A stretch of DNA of 61,861 bases, counting the filler, from Sphacelaria rigidula (taxonomy: Eukaryota): assembly GCA_964200075.2 (NCBI GenBank). It is 10 parts of 10 records of this genome, joined end to end, with 100 filler letters (N's around TTAATTAATTAA, not from the genome) between each part and the next. Parts side by side here need not be neighbours in the genome. Positions count along the whole stretch, not along the records: positions 43,375 to 49,470 come from CAXNAA020022255.1; positions 49,571 to 55,666 come from CAXNAA020022256.1; positions 55,767 to 61,861 come from CAXNAA020022257.1; 7 more parts are not named here. One strand, written 5' to 3'. The position numbers were made by a program, and so were the translations under genes. A model generated the notes under the pieces. That model made no database searches, was not told the DNA's origin, and worked only from the letters and a program-made list of their open reading frames with translations. This document shows, in pieces, positions 48,839-60,753 of the stretch; the first letter of the stretch is position 1; each line of letters begins with the position of its first letter.

Positions 48839-51800
48839 GTGGGTACGTCGTCGACGGCATGATTTCCAGTCCCATGTGATGGCGGCTAAAATGCCCCCTT
48901 CTACTTTCCTCTCCCTACAGGAGTTAGATACCACAGTAGTCAAACGAGCCAGGGTTCGAATCACAATCTTGTGGGGGAAGGTTGGAAAATAAGCGGTCAA
49001 AAATAACGTGCGTATGTAGAAATGTCAGTACGCTGTGTACTGAACTATTGAACTATCTGTGTTTCATGCGGAAGAAAACATGTGCAACAGCTTCTATATT
49101 GTACTAGTCACATGGTGCTTCAGCCGATTCGAGGACCTCCGCGTAAGGGGAGGAGTGGATGTACCGACCGCGGAAGGTGATAATTATGGTTGTGACCTCA
49201 TGCGGTCTGAGGAGAAGAACTGACTCCAAAGTGCTGGACGAATGATCAAAAACGTCATTGGTAGAAGATTGAATTTTTCCAAGCCATGTCATGCAAGGAA
49301 GAGCCAGTATTGTGAGAAGGCAGACCCTCTCCTCACTTTTCAATTTCATACCCTGTTTTCGATTGGAACACAGCGCCAGAACAGCGATCTGTTGAGACAC
49401 CACCCCCCCCCCCCACCCGCTCACTTTAGTCCTTCCCCACGAGTCTCCACCCCCCCCCCGCCCTCCTCCCNNNNNNNNNNNNNNNNNNNNNNNNNNNNNN
49501 NNNNNNNNNNNNNNTTAATTAATTAANNNNNNNNNNNNNNNNNNNNNNNNNNNNNNNNNNNNNNNNNNNNATCTCCTGCAAGGGAGGGATGGGACTTCAA
49601 CCTCATATTTTGTTTCAACCCCAAAAATTAGGATCGGCTGTTATATTTCGACGTTTTCCCTGACCCTCCCACAAAAAAGCAACCGATAATTTGAAAAAGA
49701 TGCCCCAAAACGGAAGATCCCCGTATTTTCGGGCCTTCTTCTTGCATCGAGAGGTAGTATGCCTTTTTGGACACTGAAAAACTGTACGCGATTCTGTATC
49801 CGATGTTTTGCTGTCGAAAATCGTCGAAAACCGTCAAAATGGACAATAGTTGCGTCGAAATGGACAAAAGTTGGGCAATTTCAACTAAATCAAATAATCG
49901 AGATTGACTCGGATTTTTTTCTCTCCCATGAGCACCTCCATTATTTTGTCTCTTCAATGGACGTACCTGTGGAATCGCAAGCACCTCCGTTACGGGGATA
50001 TGATGTACACCCCATAGTCATGCTAACTAATGGGACAGAAAGTATATAGACAACACCGCGAACGCAGTACACGGTAAACACAGAATAGATACTGCATCAT
50101 TCGGCGGTACGAGTACAGCGCAGCCTGTGTGGTACCCCCGCCGCTCCTTCATCTGGCCCCGAACAGACGGTAAAACGCCCGACAAACACAGGGACCTATC
50201 TGCTCTGTTTCACTGTCTACAGTAGGAGAAAAAGCGGGTGTGTCAGTCAGACCATCTCTTGCGGGGCTGATACAAAGACCCTGTCACATATCAATAGAAG
50301 GACGGGAAGGCGGTGGACAGCGTACCCAGGAAATGAACGCAGGACTCACGTCGTATTTGGCGATCTTCGTGACAGGATAAAGCCGCCATTTCTCAGTCGA
50401 TACCGGATGAAACGAACTGCAAATGTAACGCCAGACAGAGTTTGTGTCTGTGGAGGACACCTGTATCCGCGGGGAGAATCCGCGGGGGAAACAAACGCCA
50501 TGGGAGCGAGTTACTTGCGTTGTCTCCCCCGCCCCAAAATAGTCGTGTGAATAAAAGACTATTATAATCCATACTCTAGTTCTTCGATACAAAATAGTGA
50601 GTGTGGTACTGCTCCAGAAAATCAAGGCGAGATGCCCAGGGCGAGATTTAGCGATCAATTCTGGACAGAATAATCTTGTAATGCTACCAAAGTTAATTAA
50701 CGTGTCCGCTCAGCACGCCTGAAGTCGCGGTCGAGATGTATATCATCCTGTCGAGAATTCTCCGCGTGTGTGTTGCAGGCAGCAAGGCGGCGGCGGTCCG
50801 TGAACGATTCACCGTCTTCTATTTGCATGTATTAGCTCAGTACCCATACCCGCGGAGGCCACGGGAATCGTTTTTTCTCTATAACTGTCAAATCAAATTA
50901 AACGCCACCTATTATCATGTTGATACGTTTTTGCCGGTACTAAATGCGATGCATTTTTGGTTCTCCTTTTTATTCATCTTTCATCATCGTGTCGGCCCGA
51001 ATATGCAAACCCGTAGTGGAACTATGCAATATTCAGCAGCCCGCCCTCTACTTCAACCGCATATTTGGAGTTAGTAAAGAAATAACGTTGATCAGGTTGG
51101 ATTTGGCTGGTGGATGCATGGTTAGCCAGGGGAGGGGAAGATAGCCAGCCATCCCCGATGCGTAATTCACCATATCAAGGGCGCTATGGTCTACCGTTTT
51201 CCCCTCTTGCAGGGTGATGCTGGTGACCCTGATGTAATAGAGGTATCGAAGAAACTATAGTCGCAGCCCGTTCATACATAAGAAACGAGGCTGTCTTTGC
51301 TGAGATTTTTTCAATTGAGGGACGGCCGAGGCTCAGCGTCTGCCGCGACCTAAGAAAGAGGAGCCCTTCTAGCTGGAACTCTGCGACCCCACTCTAACCC
51401 CACCGGCACGGCCTGGCCTACGCATCACAACACTTGATGAAAAATACAGCTTCACAGAAAAGTTCTCAAAAACAAATCCGTCGGAGTGGGGACAGTAGGT
51501 ACTGACGGTTTCACCGTGGAATATTCTGAGTGTTTCATGGCCAGAAAAAAAAACTTCACTACTATCCTGCTCTCCGCGGATCCCCCACACTTGGGGGTAC
51601 ATTGTGTGATAAACGCTGCGATTGTGCGCAACATCAAGGCCGAGTTGGGCATGCTGAGGCACAAGGGGGCCTTGACGACTGAGCAGTTTGGGTTGTTGAA
51701 AGGTGAAGCGAAGCATGGAGGGGTCACAGAGCAGGTGTTGACCTTGCTCAACCGAGCATGGGAATTGCGGTGCGATGGTACACTCGACGAGGAGTACGCT

Positions 51801-51849
51801 GGTGACATCAAGATGACACGGGAGTTTACATATTGAGGATGCCTTTTTT

Positions 51850-52175
51850 TCAGGACGAACCTCGGGAACGTTCATAAGTATCGAAATATATTCGAAATAA
51901 ATATGCAAATGCACTCGCCGGCCATGACGTGTGGCCTCGTCCTCAGAAGAATCCATCCGCAATTTGTAAAATGCCGTCTTTATACCGAACAATTCGGACC
52001 TCCGTTCATTCTCTTACAGAAGAAATGTTCTTATTATATAGTTTTCAGAATTCTCTTTCAACACGGGGTTTTATAAGTTGCAGATGGATTTTTGGGGGGT
52101 GAGCGAGGTCAGTGCATTCTCATCTTGTCTGTGAATATTTCGATGCTTACTAAGGTTCTCAGGATTCATTCTAGA
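51850..52175. mobile_element. Degenerate foldback element
   Basis: taagtatcgaaatat...aatgcact...aatccatccgcaatttgtaaaa pairs with ttttataagttgcagatggatt...agtgcatt...atatttcgatgctta. Confidence 0.6.
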
Positions 52176-52183
52176 TAAGAAAC

Positions 52184-52601
52184 CCAAGGACAGGAGGGGT
52201 AGGGTATACTCAATACTCGGTATGTTTTAAAAGTCATATTCTTAGTACCCAAACATTTGGGTAGAGTATTGGAGGTCGTACCCAACATACCCAGACTTTG
52301 GGTAGAGTATTGAGGTCATACCCAAGTGATATTCTATACCCAGGTATTGCTGAGAGTACTTACCCAATATTTGGGTAAAGTATTTGAGGTCGTACCCAAT
52401 CTACCCAAACATTGAGTAGAGTATTTGAGGTCATACCCAAGTGATACTCTAAACCCAGGGATTGCTGAGGGCACGTACCCAATATTTGGCTAGAGTATTT
52501 GAGGCCGTAGTACCCAATCTACCCAAACCTTGGGTAGAGTAAATACCCGGGTAACGTACCCGAGTATCGAAAAGTACATAACCTACCCGACCTGCCCTTG
52601 G
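52184..52601. mobile_element. MITE with TIR CCAAGGGCAGGTCGGGTAGG and internal TACCCAA/TTGGGTA repeats; a second interrupted copy spans about 53060-54330
   Basis: ccaaggacaggaggggtaggg pairs with cctacccgacctgcccttgg. The same end recurs at 54311-54330 and about 39066-39085. Confidence 0.75.
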
Positions 52602-53229
52602 CTTTTTCGATCGAAAACATGCGGACGGAAGGTACGAACGGACACTTGACCCCTATCTTGCAGACCACCGCGCCAGATACTAACTGTTCACAGAACCATT
52701 CAAACCCCACATAACTCATTCTCAGCTACCACCGCAACCCTGTAGCATAAAGCACGAGTTGGGAACAGGGATAGAAACAGATACACTGCAGTAGTTGGGT
52801 ATGATGTGTTTATATTTTGTAGGCCAAAACTCGAGAGTCTTCATTCATGGTCGGCATCGGCGGCGGAACCGCACGGACGGACGACCGACTTGCGTACGCT
52901 CATGGACAGTGTAGGTAGTACAAAGCTCCACGTTGTTCGAGTCCTTTTCACGTCGCATTGTGAGCAGAAGGTACAGATAGCCCTGTGCTGTCTGCACGGC
53001 ACGTTGTCCCCTTCTCTTTCACATCATACTGTACGAAACACGCACACACACTCAGACACCGAGTAATACTCTTTACCCAGGTAGATATTGCTGAGAGTGC
53101 TTACCCAATCTTTGAGTAGAATATTTGGAGGTCGCAACCAATCTAGCCGAAATTTGGGTAGATTATCCGAGGTAGTACCTGACATACCCAAATTTTGGGT
53201 TGGGTATTGAGGCCGTACCCAATCTACCA

Positions 53230-54183
53230 CACGTCGGACATGTCAACTCAGGTTAACACTAGTCACCTCTTTTCCGCATAACTCACCGGTGAGTTATAGC
53301 AACATAACTCAGCGATGCACATTCTGATCGGGTAAGTTATAGAAGATTACTCAGCGGTGCATATTTTTGCTGGGTGAGTTCTAGAGGACAACGCAGGAGT
53401 GCATATTTTGATCAGGTGAGTTATACAGCATATTCTGGTCTAGTGAGTTCTAGAGGAATGCTCAGCGGTGCACATTCTGGTCGGGTGATTCATAGATGAT
53501 AACTCATCGCTGCAAAATCTGGCCGTGTGAGTTGTACTATTATATACAACATACAGTAACTGTTCCGTTAAAGCAAGAGAGGGACGTGAACGTCACTTCT
53601 GTGTTCTGAGTTCTGTACACAGAGACGAGATATTTGCCCCCCTCATTGTAGTCCTGCATTATGTACTCGTACCAGTATACGTTTTCATGTTACACCTGCG
53701 GCAGTATTTATTTCTTATCGTGCAGATCTACCCCGAGGTTTCTCACGCTACATGTACCGTAAGGGCAGACGTGTCACGTGATCACGTGTGTCCGCTTACA
53801 CAAGTGAATAGTGTTGACCCCTGTGCTCCACATGTTTCCGGTCGGGTGAGTTGTACTGCATAACCCATTTTCTGATAACTCAGCTGCGAGTTATGCAAAA
53901 TGGCTGAACGGTGCATATTCTGGTAAGGTGAGTGAGTTACAGAAGATAACTCAGCGGTGCATATTCTGGCCGGGTGAGTTATACAGCATTCCTCAGTGAT
54001 GCACATTATGGCCAGGAGAGTTATAAAACATATCTCAGCGATGCATCTTCTGGCCGGGTGAGTTATAGGATATAGGTGCATACTCTCGCCGGGTGAGCTA
54101 TAGAAAATGACTCAGCGCTGCATATTTTCGGTCAGGGACTTACACAGCATAACTGAGTTTACTCATGAGTTGTACGGCACGTG
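53230..54183. mobile_element. Non-autonomous CACGT-ended (CACTA/CMC-like) DNA transposon nested in the TACCCAA MITE
   Basis: Ends cacgtcggacatgtcaactca and tgagttgtacggcacgtg, with a possible 2-bp CA target duplication. Two blocks of ~41-bp repeats (53280-53536, 53840-54172). Confidence 0.7.
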
Positions 54184-55766
54184 CAATCTACCCAACTGGT
54201 GTGCAATCTACCCAAAATTTGGGTAGAGCATTCGAGACCGTACCCAATCTACCCACACGTTGGGTAGAGTGAATACCCCGGTATTTTGCCCGAGTATTTA
54301 AAAGTACATACCCTATCCGACTTGCCCTTGAAAATATCCATCCTCAATCTGTAAAATCTGTGTGAGGTGGTGATTAGCGAGGTGCCACAGGCCGGTAGGA
54401 GTAGCTCGATGGTCACGGCTCCTGCAGCTGCCGCAGCTCCTGCGTCCAAAGCAGACAGCAAAAGAAGCGGTAGCTGGCGAAGGCTGCCAACGGCTGCCAA
54501 CGGCTCGTTGAACATCATGAATGTCTTCGTCCATGGCTCGGGGGGCAAGCATGTCAGTTGTCACCCACCTCTCAGCGGACGCAGTGAATCCCAAGACCTA
54601 CTGGCTTGCATTTTTTTTGCCTCTGTTGCAGAACAAAAACAAGGTCAGCTGCGCATTTGTTTTTTGACGTGCAGCAGTACCGTCTGTTCATTTTTTGCGG
54701 TTGTACGTTGTACATGTTGGCTGCACTTGACAGCCGGTCAGTGACTGCTGCATTCTATTTGTGCGTGTACATCGATGCTTGTCCGGACTTCTTGTACTAA
54801 ACTCTCGTAAAGCTCTACTGCGGCAGCATCACTACAGCGCACAGATGTATAACATTGCACTGTGAAGCATACGTACCTGATACTGGTACAGCACATAAAA
54901 AAGTACTGCAGATTTCCGTGGAAATGTCCAGAGCTATTCTACTTCCTGTCATTATGTTGGACATAGTAAGAATGAATTGCACACTCGATACATATTAAAT
55001 CCTAATCGCGGATAATTTTTTCCACGCCAATCCCCCACAAATCCCCATAACACGGAATAATGGCTCTGTGGAACTCGTGGGAGCCGCAGGACACGCCGCA
55101 GGCGGACGTGCTCCCGATCTCACCTGCTCCCGCTGGCGAGGAACACCAGCCGGATTCAAGCGAACAGGACGAGAGCGACGACGACGACGAAGAGGAGGCG
55201 GGAAGCTAGGATGAGAGACTGCCCAAAGATGTCGATGAGATGGATGTTCTGGATATCGACGACTAGCTGACGAGGTCCCCCTTCGACTTCAAATCGCCTG
55301 CGGATACCCCCTCGTGAGCTCAGCGCCTGTCGTCCTTACTCTAGCACTAGCAGAACAACCGAATATACTGCGACTGGCTGTGGGCGGGTTGAAGGGGATT
55401 ATCACGCGGCAGGCTCAAGTGCGCATACACCACCTGTACGACTACAGAGTTTTTCTCCACAGCGATGGCAGCACGTGCAGCAGAACCTACCGTTGGCAAT
55501 GTATTATGTGGACCAGGGCTCGGCCGCGGGACCTTGGGCGCTGCTGATGCGTTCCGAGGGTGCCCCCGGAACAAACGGAGAGCAGTTCGAGTAGGGGCAT
55601 CCTGAGGAAGAAGCGAGAGGTGGGGGTGGCGATGTCGTCTCCGGAGATGGGGGGAGGGGAGCGAAGNNNNNNNNNNNNNNNNNNNNNNNNNNNNNNNNNN
55701 NNNNNNNNNNTTAATTAATTAANNNNNNNNNNNNNNNNNNNNNNNNNNNNNNNNNNNNNNNNNNNN

Positions 55767-55897
55767 GGGGGGGGGGGGGGGGGGGGGGGGCGTACTCGTT
55801 TGGTGCTTGCCTTAGCCGTTTGACCGTTGGCCACGCCCCGTCTTGAAAGATCAATAGTCAAACGACTAAGGCAAGCACCAAATGAGTACGCCCCCCG
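55767..55897. mobile_element. Two LINE 3' fragments joined head to head with C tracts pointing outward
   Basis: G run-cgtactcgtttggtgcttgccttagccgtttgacc (- strand) and gtcaaacgactaaggcaagcaccaaatgagtacg-C run (+ strand). Confidence 0.85.
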
Positions 55898-56018
55898 GTA
55901 TCGATCGAAGGCACTTGCGGACGGTACTTCCCTCGGGTTTTTGTTGCATACTGGCTAGCTTCCTCAAACCTCATTTCATTGATCAACCTCAGTTTATAGA
56001 ATCCCCTGCTATATTATA

Positions 56019-56480
56019 TACCCAAATTCGGAACAGCTACTGTATGAAAACAAAACAGTTCGGTTTTCGAAACTACGTCGAGATCATTGAAATGGCTCTT
56101 CTCACCCGAGGGAAAGTGTCCGCTTGGGGTCCGTTCAAACGTTCGAAGATACTGTCAAATTGCATCACCAAACGCCATTGGCATCCGCCAACGAGTGTCG
56201 CATGGAACACAAATCGACTGCTTAACGTTCTTATTCGAAAGCTACGTGCATCAAAGTTTTTGCAGGTAGGTAAAAGGAGATTTTCATACACGAGAAGCTC
56301 TGCGTTCCCTCGTGGGCGTTACATGCACTTCCAAAAACTCTGTCGTCCTTGTTTCATACCTGACGGGGGGACGGGGAAGCCGCAGTTCCTCGGGTACGAA
56401 GAGCCATTTCAATGATCTCGACGTAGCTTCGAAAACCGAACTGTTTCGTTTTCATACATCAGCTGTTCCGAATTTGGGTA
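56019..56480. mobile_element. MITE with ~95-bp TIRs flanked by TA (Tc1/mariner-like)
   Basis: tacccaaattcggaacagct...gtcgagatcattgaaatggctctt pairs with aagagccatttcaatgatctcgac...agctgttccgaatttgggta. Confidence 0.88.
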
Positions 56481-58312
56481 TATAGTAACATGTTTTTACT
56501 AGCTGTGCAGACGGAAGCCAGTAGAGTAGAGCACCGAAAGCTCCAGATTGCAGCTGATGCACCCCTCTGCACCACGCTAGCAACAGTCAGGTCACCACCA
56601 TAGGTATCTTCTGTCACTCCACATGTCAAGAAGGTCTCCACAAGTTTTTGATCTCTCTCACATACACGCCCAACTGGCCTGTGGCAGGCTCTTGCGCTTA
56701 TGTCGGGTAAAATCAACCATGAATAACACCCCCCAAGTTCAAATTGTATCACCTGTTATTCTTGCCGCGCAGCGCACTGTCCTTGCTGGTAGTTTTTCAG
56801 CGCACAGAAGCGCATCCTGTCCAAAAAGGGAGGCAGAGAGAGAAATCGATCTTCGTATTGGTGACCTCCACAGACAAAGGGACGAAATCTCTCCGCAGCT
56901 CGATGTGCTTTGGGGATCCCTATAAGCACATGAGAAATTCGGTACGTGCTGGTAACATGCATGATGCCAGTCTCTCGAGCGATTGGTAATCGCCCAGCGA
57001 GGGCACACAAAGGAGACGGGCGAGGAGCTTCCTCTCTGCCGTTGCTTCTCTCTCGGGTGATATCGTCATCGACACGCGTGTACGCCGTAGTCGTTCGGTG
57101 CACTTAGCCACAACTGATGATTCACAGTTACGGAGTTTTGGGGGGAAAGGTGGTTTCGCTCTGCGCGACTGTTTCGGGTCGTTCCTGCAGAAGAGATATG
57201 CCAATTGGACATCATTTATTAGATGAATCTAATTTTTCAGGATCCGCTGTTATATGGGATTCTGTGCCATTTGAATAGCACCCTGATCGTTTTCGAACAT
57301 CGGGATACATGTCTGTCCAACTTCAGGCAGCATGGATTCCCACATCTGTTTCAAAAACAGCACCTCATTCATCAAGTCGCGTAGTGCAACGTATTCTGCT
57401 TCAGAAGTCGACAACGTCACACACTTGTGCGTCCTTGAGAACCATGACACACATCCACCCCCGCACATGACTAATCCACTCGACACTGATCGCCTATCGG
57501 CAGCCTTACTCGCGTAGTTTGCACCAGCATATGCTTGAAAGCTGACACCTTGCAAACTGCCTCTCCGAAAAGTAATGCCCAATGTACTCGTTCGCTCAAT
57601 ATACCCAAGTATACCAAGAGCAGTACGCCGATGAATCAACCTTGGAGATGCGCAATATCTCGCTACCGCTCTTACTGCGTTACAAATATCCGGTCTAGTC
57701 TGGTTTGCTAGCCACATGAGTGACCCTTCCAGTTCTCTGAATGGGAACGTCGTGACCTGCTTCTCCTCATTAAAATCCTCGAGTTTTACACCTGCACTCA
57801 TAGGCGTCTTTTCCCCCCATGATATATTGTACTCCCCCGTCAACTCCTCTGCAATTGTTTGTTGCGATACAGTAAGGGTCCCCCTTTTCAAGTCTCTTTC
57901 GTAATAAAGCCCCAAATACCATCGTAGTTCTCCTAGATTCTTGACTGGAACCATCGTGTTCAGCTGCGCACCAAATCCATCAAACCTTTCCTCATCCCCT
58001 ACGGCAAATATATCATCTACATGTACCACCAAGGTGATCACTACCTGGTTGTCCTCCATCGGTCGGAACACACACGAATCTGCCAAGCACTGATCAAAAC
58101 CTAGATTCTTACGGCATCCTGCTACATGAAGATGCCACTGTCTCGAAGCCTGCCTGAGGCCATAGAGCGATGTATTGAGTCTATATCTTACCAGATAAAT
58201 TACCACAGCCATGAGGCAAACGCATAAAAACATCGTCGTCCAGTACGGACTGCACAAAAGCTTGCTCGATATCGAAATGGCGCAACGAAAGATTTTTCTC
58301 ACAAGCAAGTAA

Positions 58313-58752
58313 CATGGGATATTACAAATTGGGGATGGATCTTTTATTGGGGATGAAAAACCCGGAGAATTAAAATGCTCGTATCCACACCAAATCTTCG
58401 AAATATGGTCCCATTTATTCACCTACTGCTAGCTATTGACAACTGCTGCACGCCATAGAAATTTGGATTTCAATTGCCGAACTGTTGAGGTCCCAGGTGG
58501 AAAAACAATTTTGGAACCATTTTGGCGTCCGTTCGGACACCCGGAATTCCCCAAAATTGGTTTTTCACCTAAAACCCCAACATTTCGGTGATCGAAGTTC
58601 AAATTTCTATGGCGTGTAGCAGTTGTCAAAAAAGTATAATTAGGTGAAGAAATGGGATCATATTTCGAAGATTTGTGTGGATACGAATATTTTTACTCTC
58701 CGGGTTTGTCATCCCCAATAAAAGATCCATCCCCAATTTGTAAGATCCCGTG
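58313..58752. mobile_element. Foldback MITE inserted in the Copia RT
   Basis: catgggatattacaaattggggatggatcttttattggggatga pairs with tcatccccaataaaagatccatccccaatttgtaagatcccgtg. It splits the RT frame between LLTAL and ACEKNLSLRHFD. Confidence 0.88.
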
Positions 58753-58779
58753 TTCAGTGCTGTCAGCAACCGTACAGTC

Positions 58780-58851
58780 GAAACCGCTACTGTGTACTCA
58801 TGATCATGCATGCCATAGTCATAAGACCATTGTATCATTGAAACCGCTACT
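58780..58851 (-). mobile_element. 48-bp LINE 3' stub (58792-58839) with a 12-bp target-site duplication
   Basis: gaaaccgctact at 58780-58791 and 58840-58851. On the - strand the insert ends caatggtcttatgactatggcatgcatgatcatgagtacac, alignable to the LINE tail. Confidence 0.8.
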
Positions 58852-59899
58852 ATGGGTGCATGTAATTCCCCGAAGTCAATGTCTGCCCGTTGTCGATTTC
58901 CCCTTGCGAACAGCCTTGATTTTGCTCTTGTTGGCCACCCCAACTCATCAGTCTTCCAGTTGTAAACCCACTTCGCGGGAATAATATTATCTACTGATTG
59001 CTATATCAGCGCATCCATGGTTCCCGCTTCCTTCAGGCCTTGAAACTCTCGCGCCATGGAGTCCTCCCATACTCTTCCCTGTTCCTGCTTCAGCGTATGT
59101 CTTTGGGGTTGTCAACTCTTTCACTGGGCGATAGGGAAGTCTAGGTGGTTCATGCGGCGGACGCTCCTCCTTCATCGCTATGTTAAAGTCCTCGCGCGTT
59201 GTCATCGTAGTCGCAGTCCGATATTGGGAACCCTCGCGCCCCCCTGCTCCATCGCCCTGCCGGAGCGCGTGAGGTGGGCGGATAAAAGGGATGGTTTGTC
59301 GAGGTACGCAAAAAGATCCCTCTCATGATAAATAAGTGCGATGCTATGGTCCCCCTCCCTCTCGGCTGTATGCTGGGCCGTCTCCGATCGGGTCTTCCCC
59401 GGTTGCCGAGGATCCCTACTCAGGTCAAGTTCCTTCGCCACCTTGTCGGGCAACGATGATAGAGAGCGGCCTTGCAGATGATGAGTTGCTGATGAAGCCT
59501 CTGAAATGGATGATGGTGCCGAAGAGCCACTGAAAATCGGGGGTGAAGTTGGTTGACGGTGCAGCGAATGCGGTTGCTGGGGTGGTGAAGTCGGCCGTGT
59601 GTCGCGCTGGTTTTGATTGTGTTGCGTGGTGACGGATGGTGGTTGTGCCGACGATGTGGCGGGAGGTAGAGGTGAATGATGTGCCGCACGAGTCCGTGTA
59701 AATGTCGGTGGTGGCACGGTCGTGTGATGTAATGGCGGTGGCAAAGTATGTTGCGGTTGCGGGGAAATGAAATAATAAGGTCGATGTCTCGGCGGAAAGG
59801 TATTGAACGGTCGTGGCGGGACGGGATTGGAAGGTTTATGGTGTCGTCCCAGTGGAGCAGAATAATATGGTCGTGGTTAGATGGGATAGTAAGGTCGCA

Positions 59900-60480
59900 G
59901 ATCAGAGTGGTGTGGCAGCGGCGGCAGGTTGGCAGTGGCGGCATGTGGTTGCGGTAGTGGGATAGTGTGGTTTCGCGGCGGCGGCGGGTTGTTGACGGCG
60001 GCGTCGGGTACGGCATGATGTGATGGTAGAGCAGCATGGCGGCGCGGCGGCGCGGTGGCAAGTTGGCGGTGGAGGCGGCATGTGGTTGCGTTGGTGAGGT
60101 AGCATAGTTTCGCGGCGGCGGCGGCGGCGGCGGCGGCGGAGTGTAGACGGCGGCGGCGGGTGCGGGATGATGTGATGATGGAGCAGCATGGCGGCGCGGC
60201 GGCAAGTTGGCGGCGGCGGCAGGTGGTGGCGGTTGTGAGGTAGCATGGTTTCGCGGCGGCGGCGGCGGGGTGTAGATGGTGGCGCCGGGTGCGGGATGAT
60301 GTGATGGTGTAGCAGCATGGCGGCGCGGCGGCATGTTGGCGACGGCGACGGCATGTGGTTGTGGTTGTGAGGTAGCACGGTTTCGCGGCGGCGGCGGGTT
60401 GTAGACGGCGGCGCCGGGTGCGGGATGATGTGATTGTGGAGCAGCATGGCGGTGCGGCGGCAAGTTGGCGACGGCGGCGG
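59900..60480 (-). repeat. GC-rich ~120-130-bp tandem repeat encoding Pro/His/Ala-rich units in the Copia IN-RT linker
   Basis: ORF 59420-60463 repeats NxPPRRHAAPxSHHPAPxAAVYxPPPPRNxATSQP four to five times. Confidence 0.85.
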
Positions 60481-60518
60481 AAGCTGAGGTGTCTGTGCTA
60501 ACGTGTTACCCCCCCCTG

Positions 60519-60753
60519 ACACTTTCTACGATAGCCCCCCGAAAACCAGCTAAACGTGTAAGGAAAAAAATGGCCAAACAGCGCCTGATGTTCGGGTTCA
60601 GGCTGCCTGAAGCGCCTCATATTGGCGACATCGGCTGGAACGAACCCAAGCCTGGGAATTCCCAGCTTCTCGTTGTGCTCAGCTTTTCCCAACGTGAAGA
60701 TTTTGCCTCCCAAAACCATGCACTTTGGGGGGGGGGGCTATCGTAGAAAGTGT
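60519..60753. mobile_element. ~235-bp MITE with TIR ACACTTTCTACGATAGCCCCCC inserted in the Copia element
   Basis: Perfect terminal inverted repeats. Same family as 39844-40088. Confidence 0.9.

Noticed and set aside
53280..54172. CRISPR-like palindromic repeats
   Set aside because: The units are contiguous and degenerate with no spacers, and they are bounded by transposon-like termini.
6098..55766. Regular ~6.2-kb periodicity and a repeated TTAATTAATTAA motif
   Set aside because: Artificial linkers between size-sorted contigs, not biology. They also void any synteny across gaps.
57250..58422. Intact 390-aa RT gene
   Set aside because: The N-terminus comes from an inserted MITE and a frameshifted segment, and conserved residues are mutated, so it is a pseudogene.
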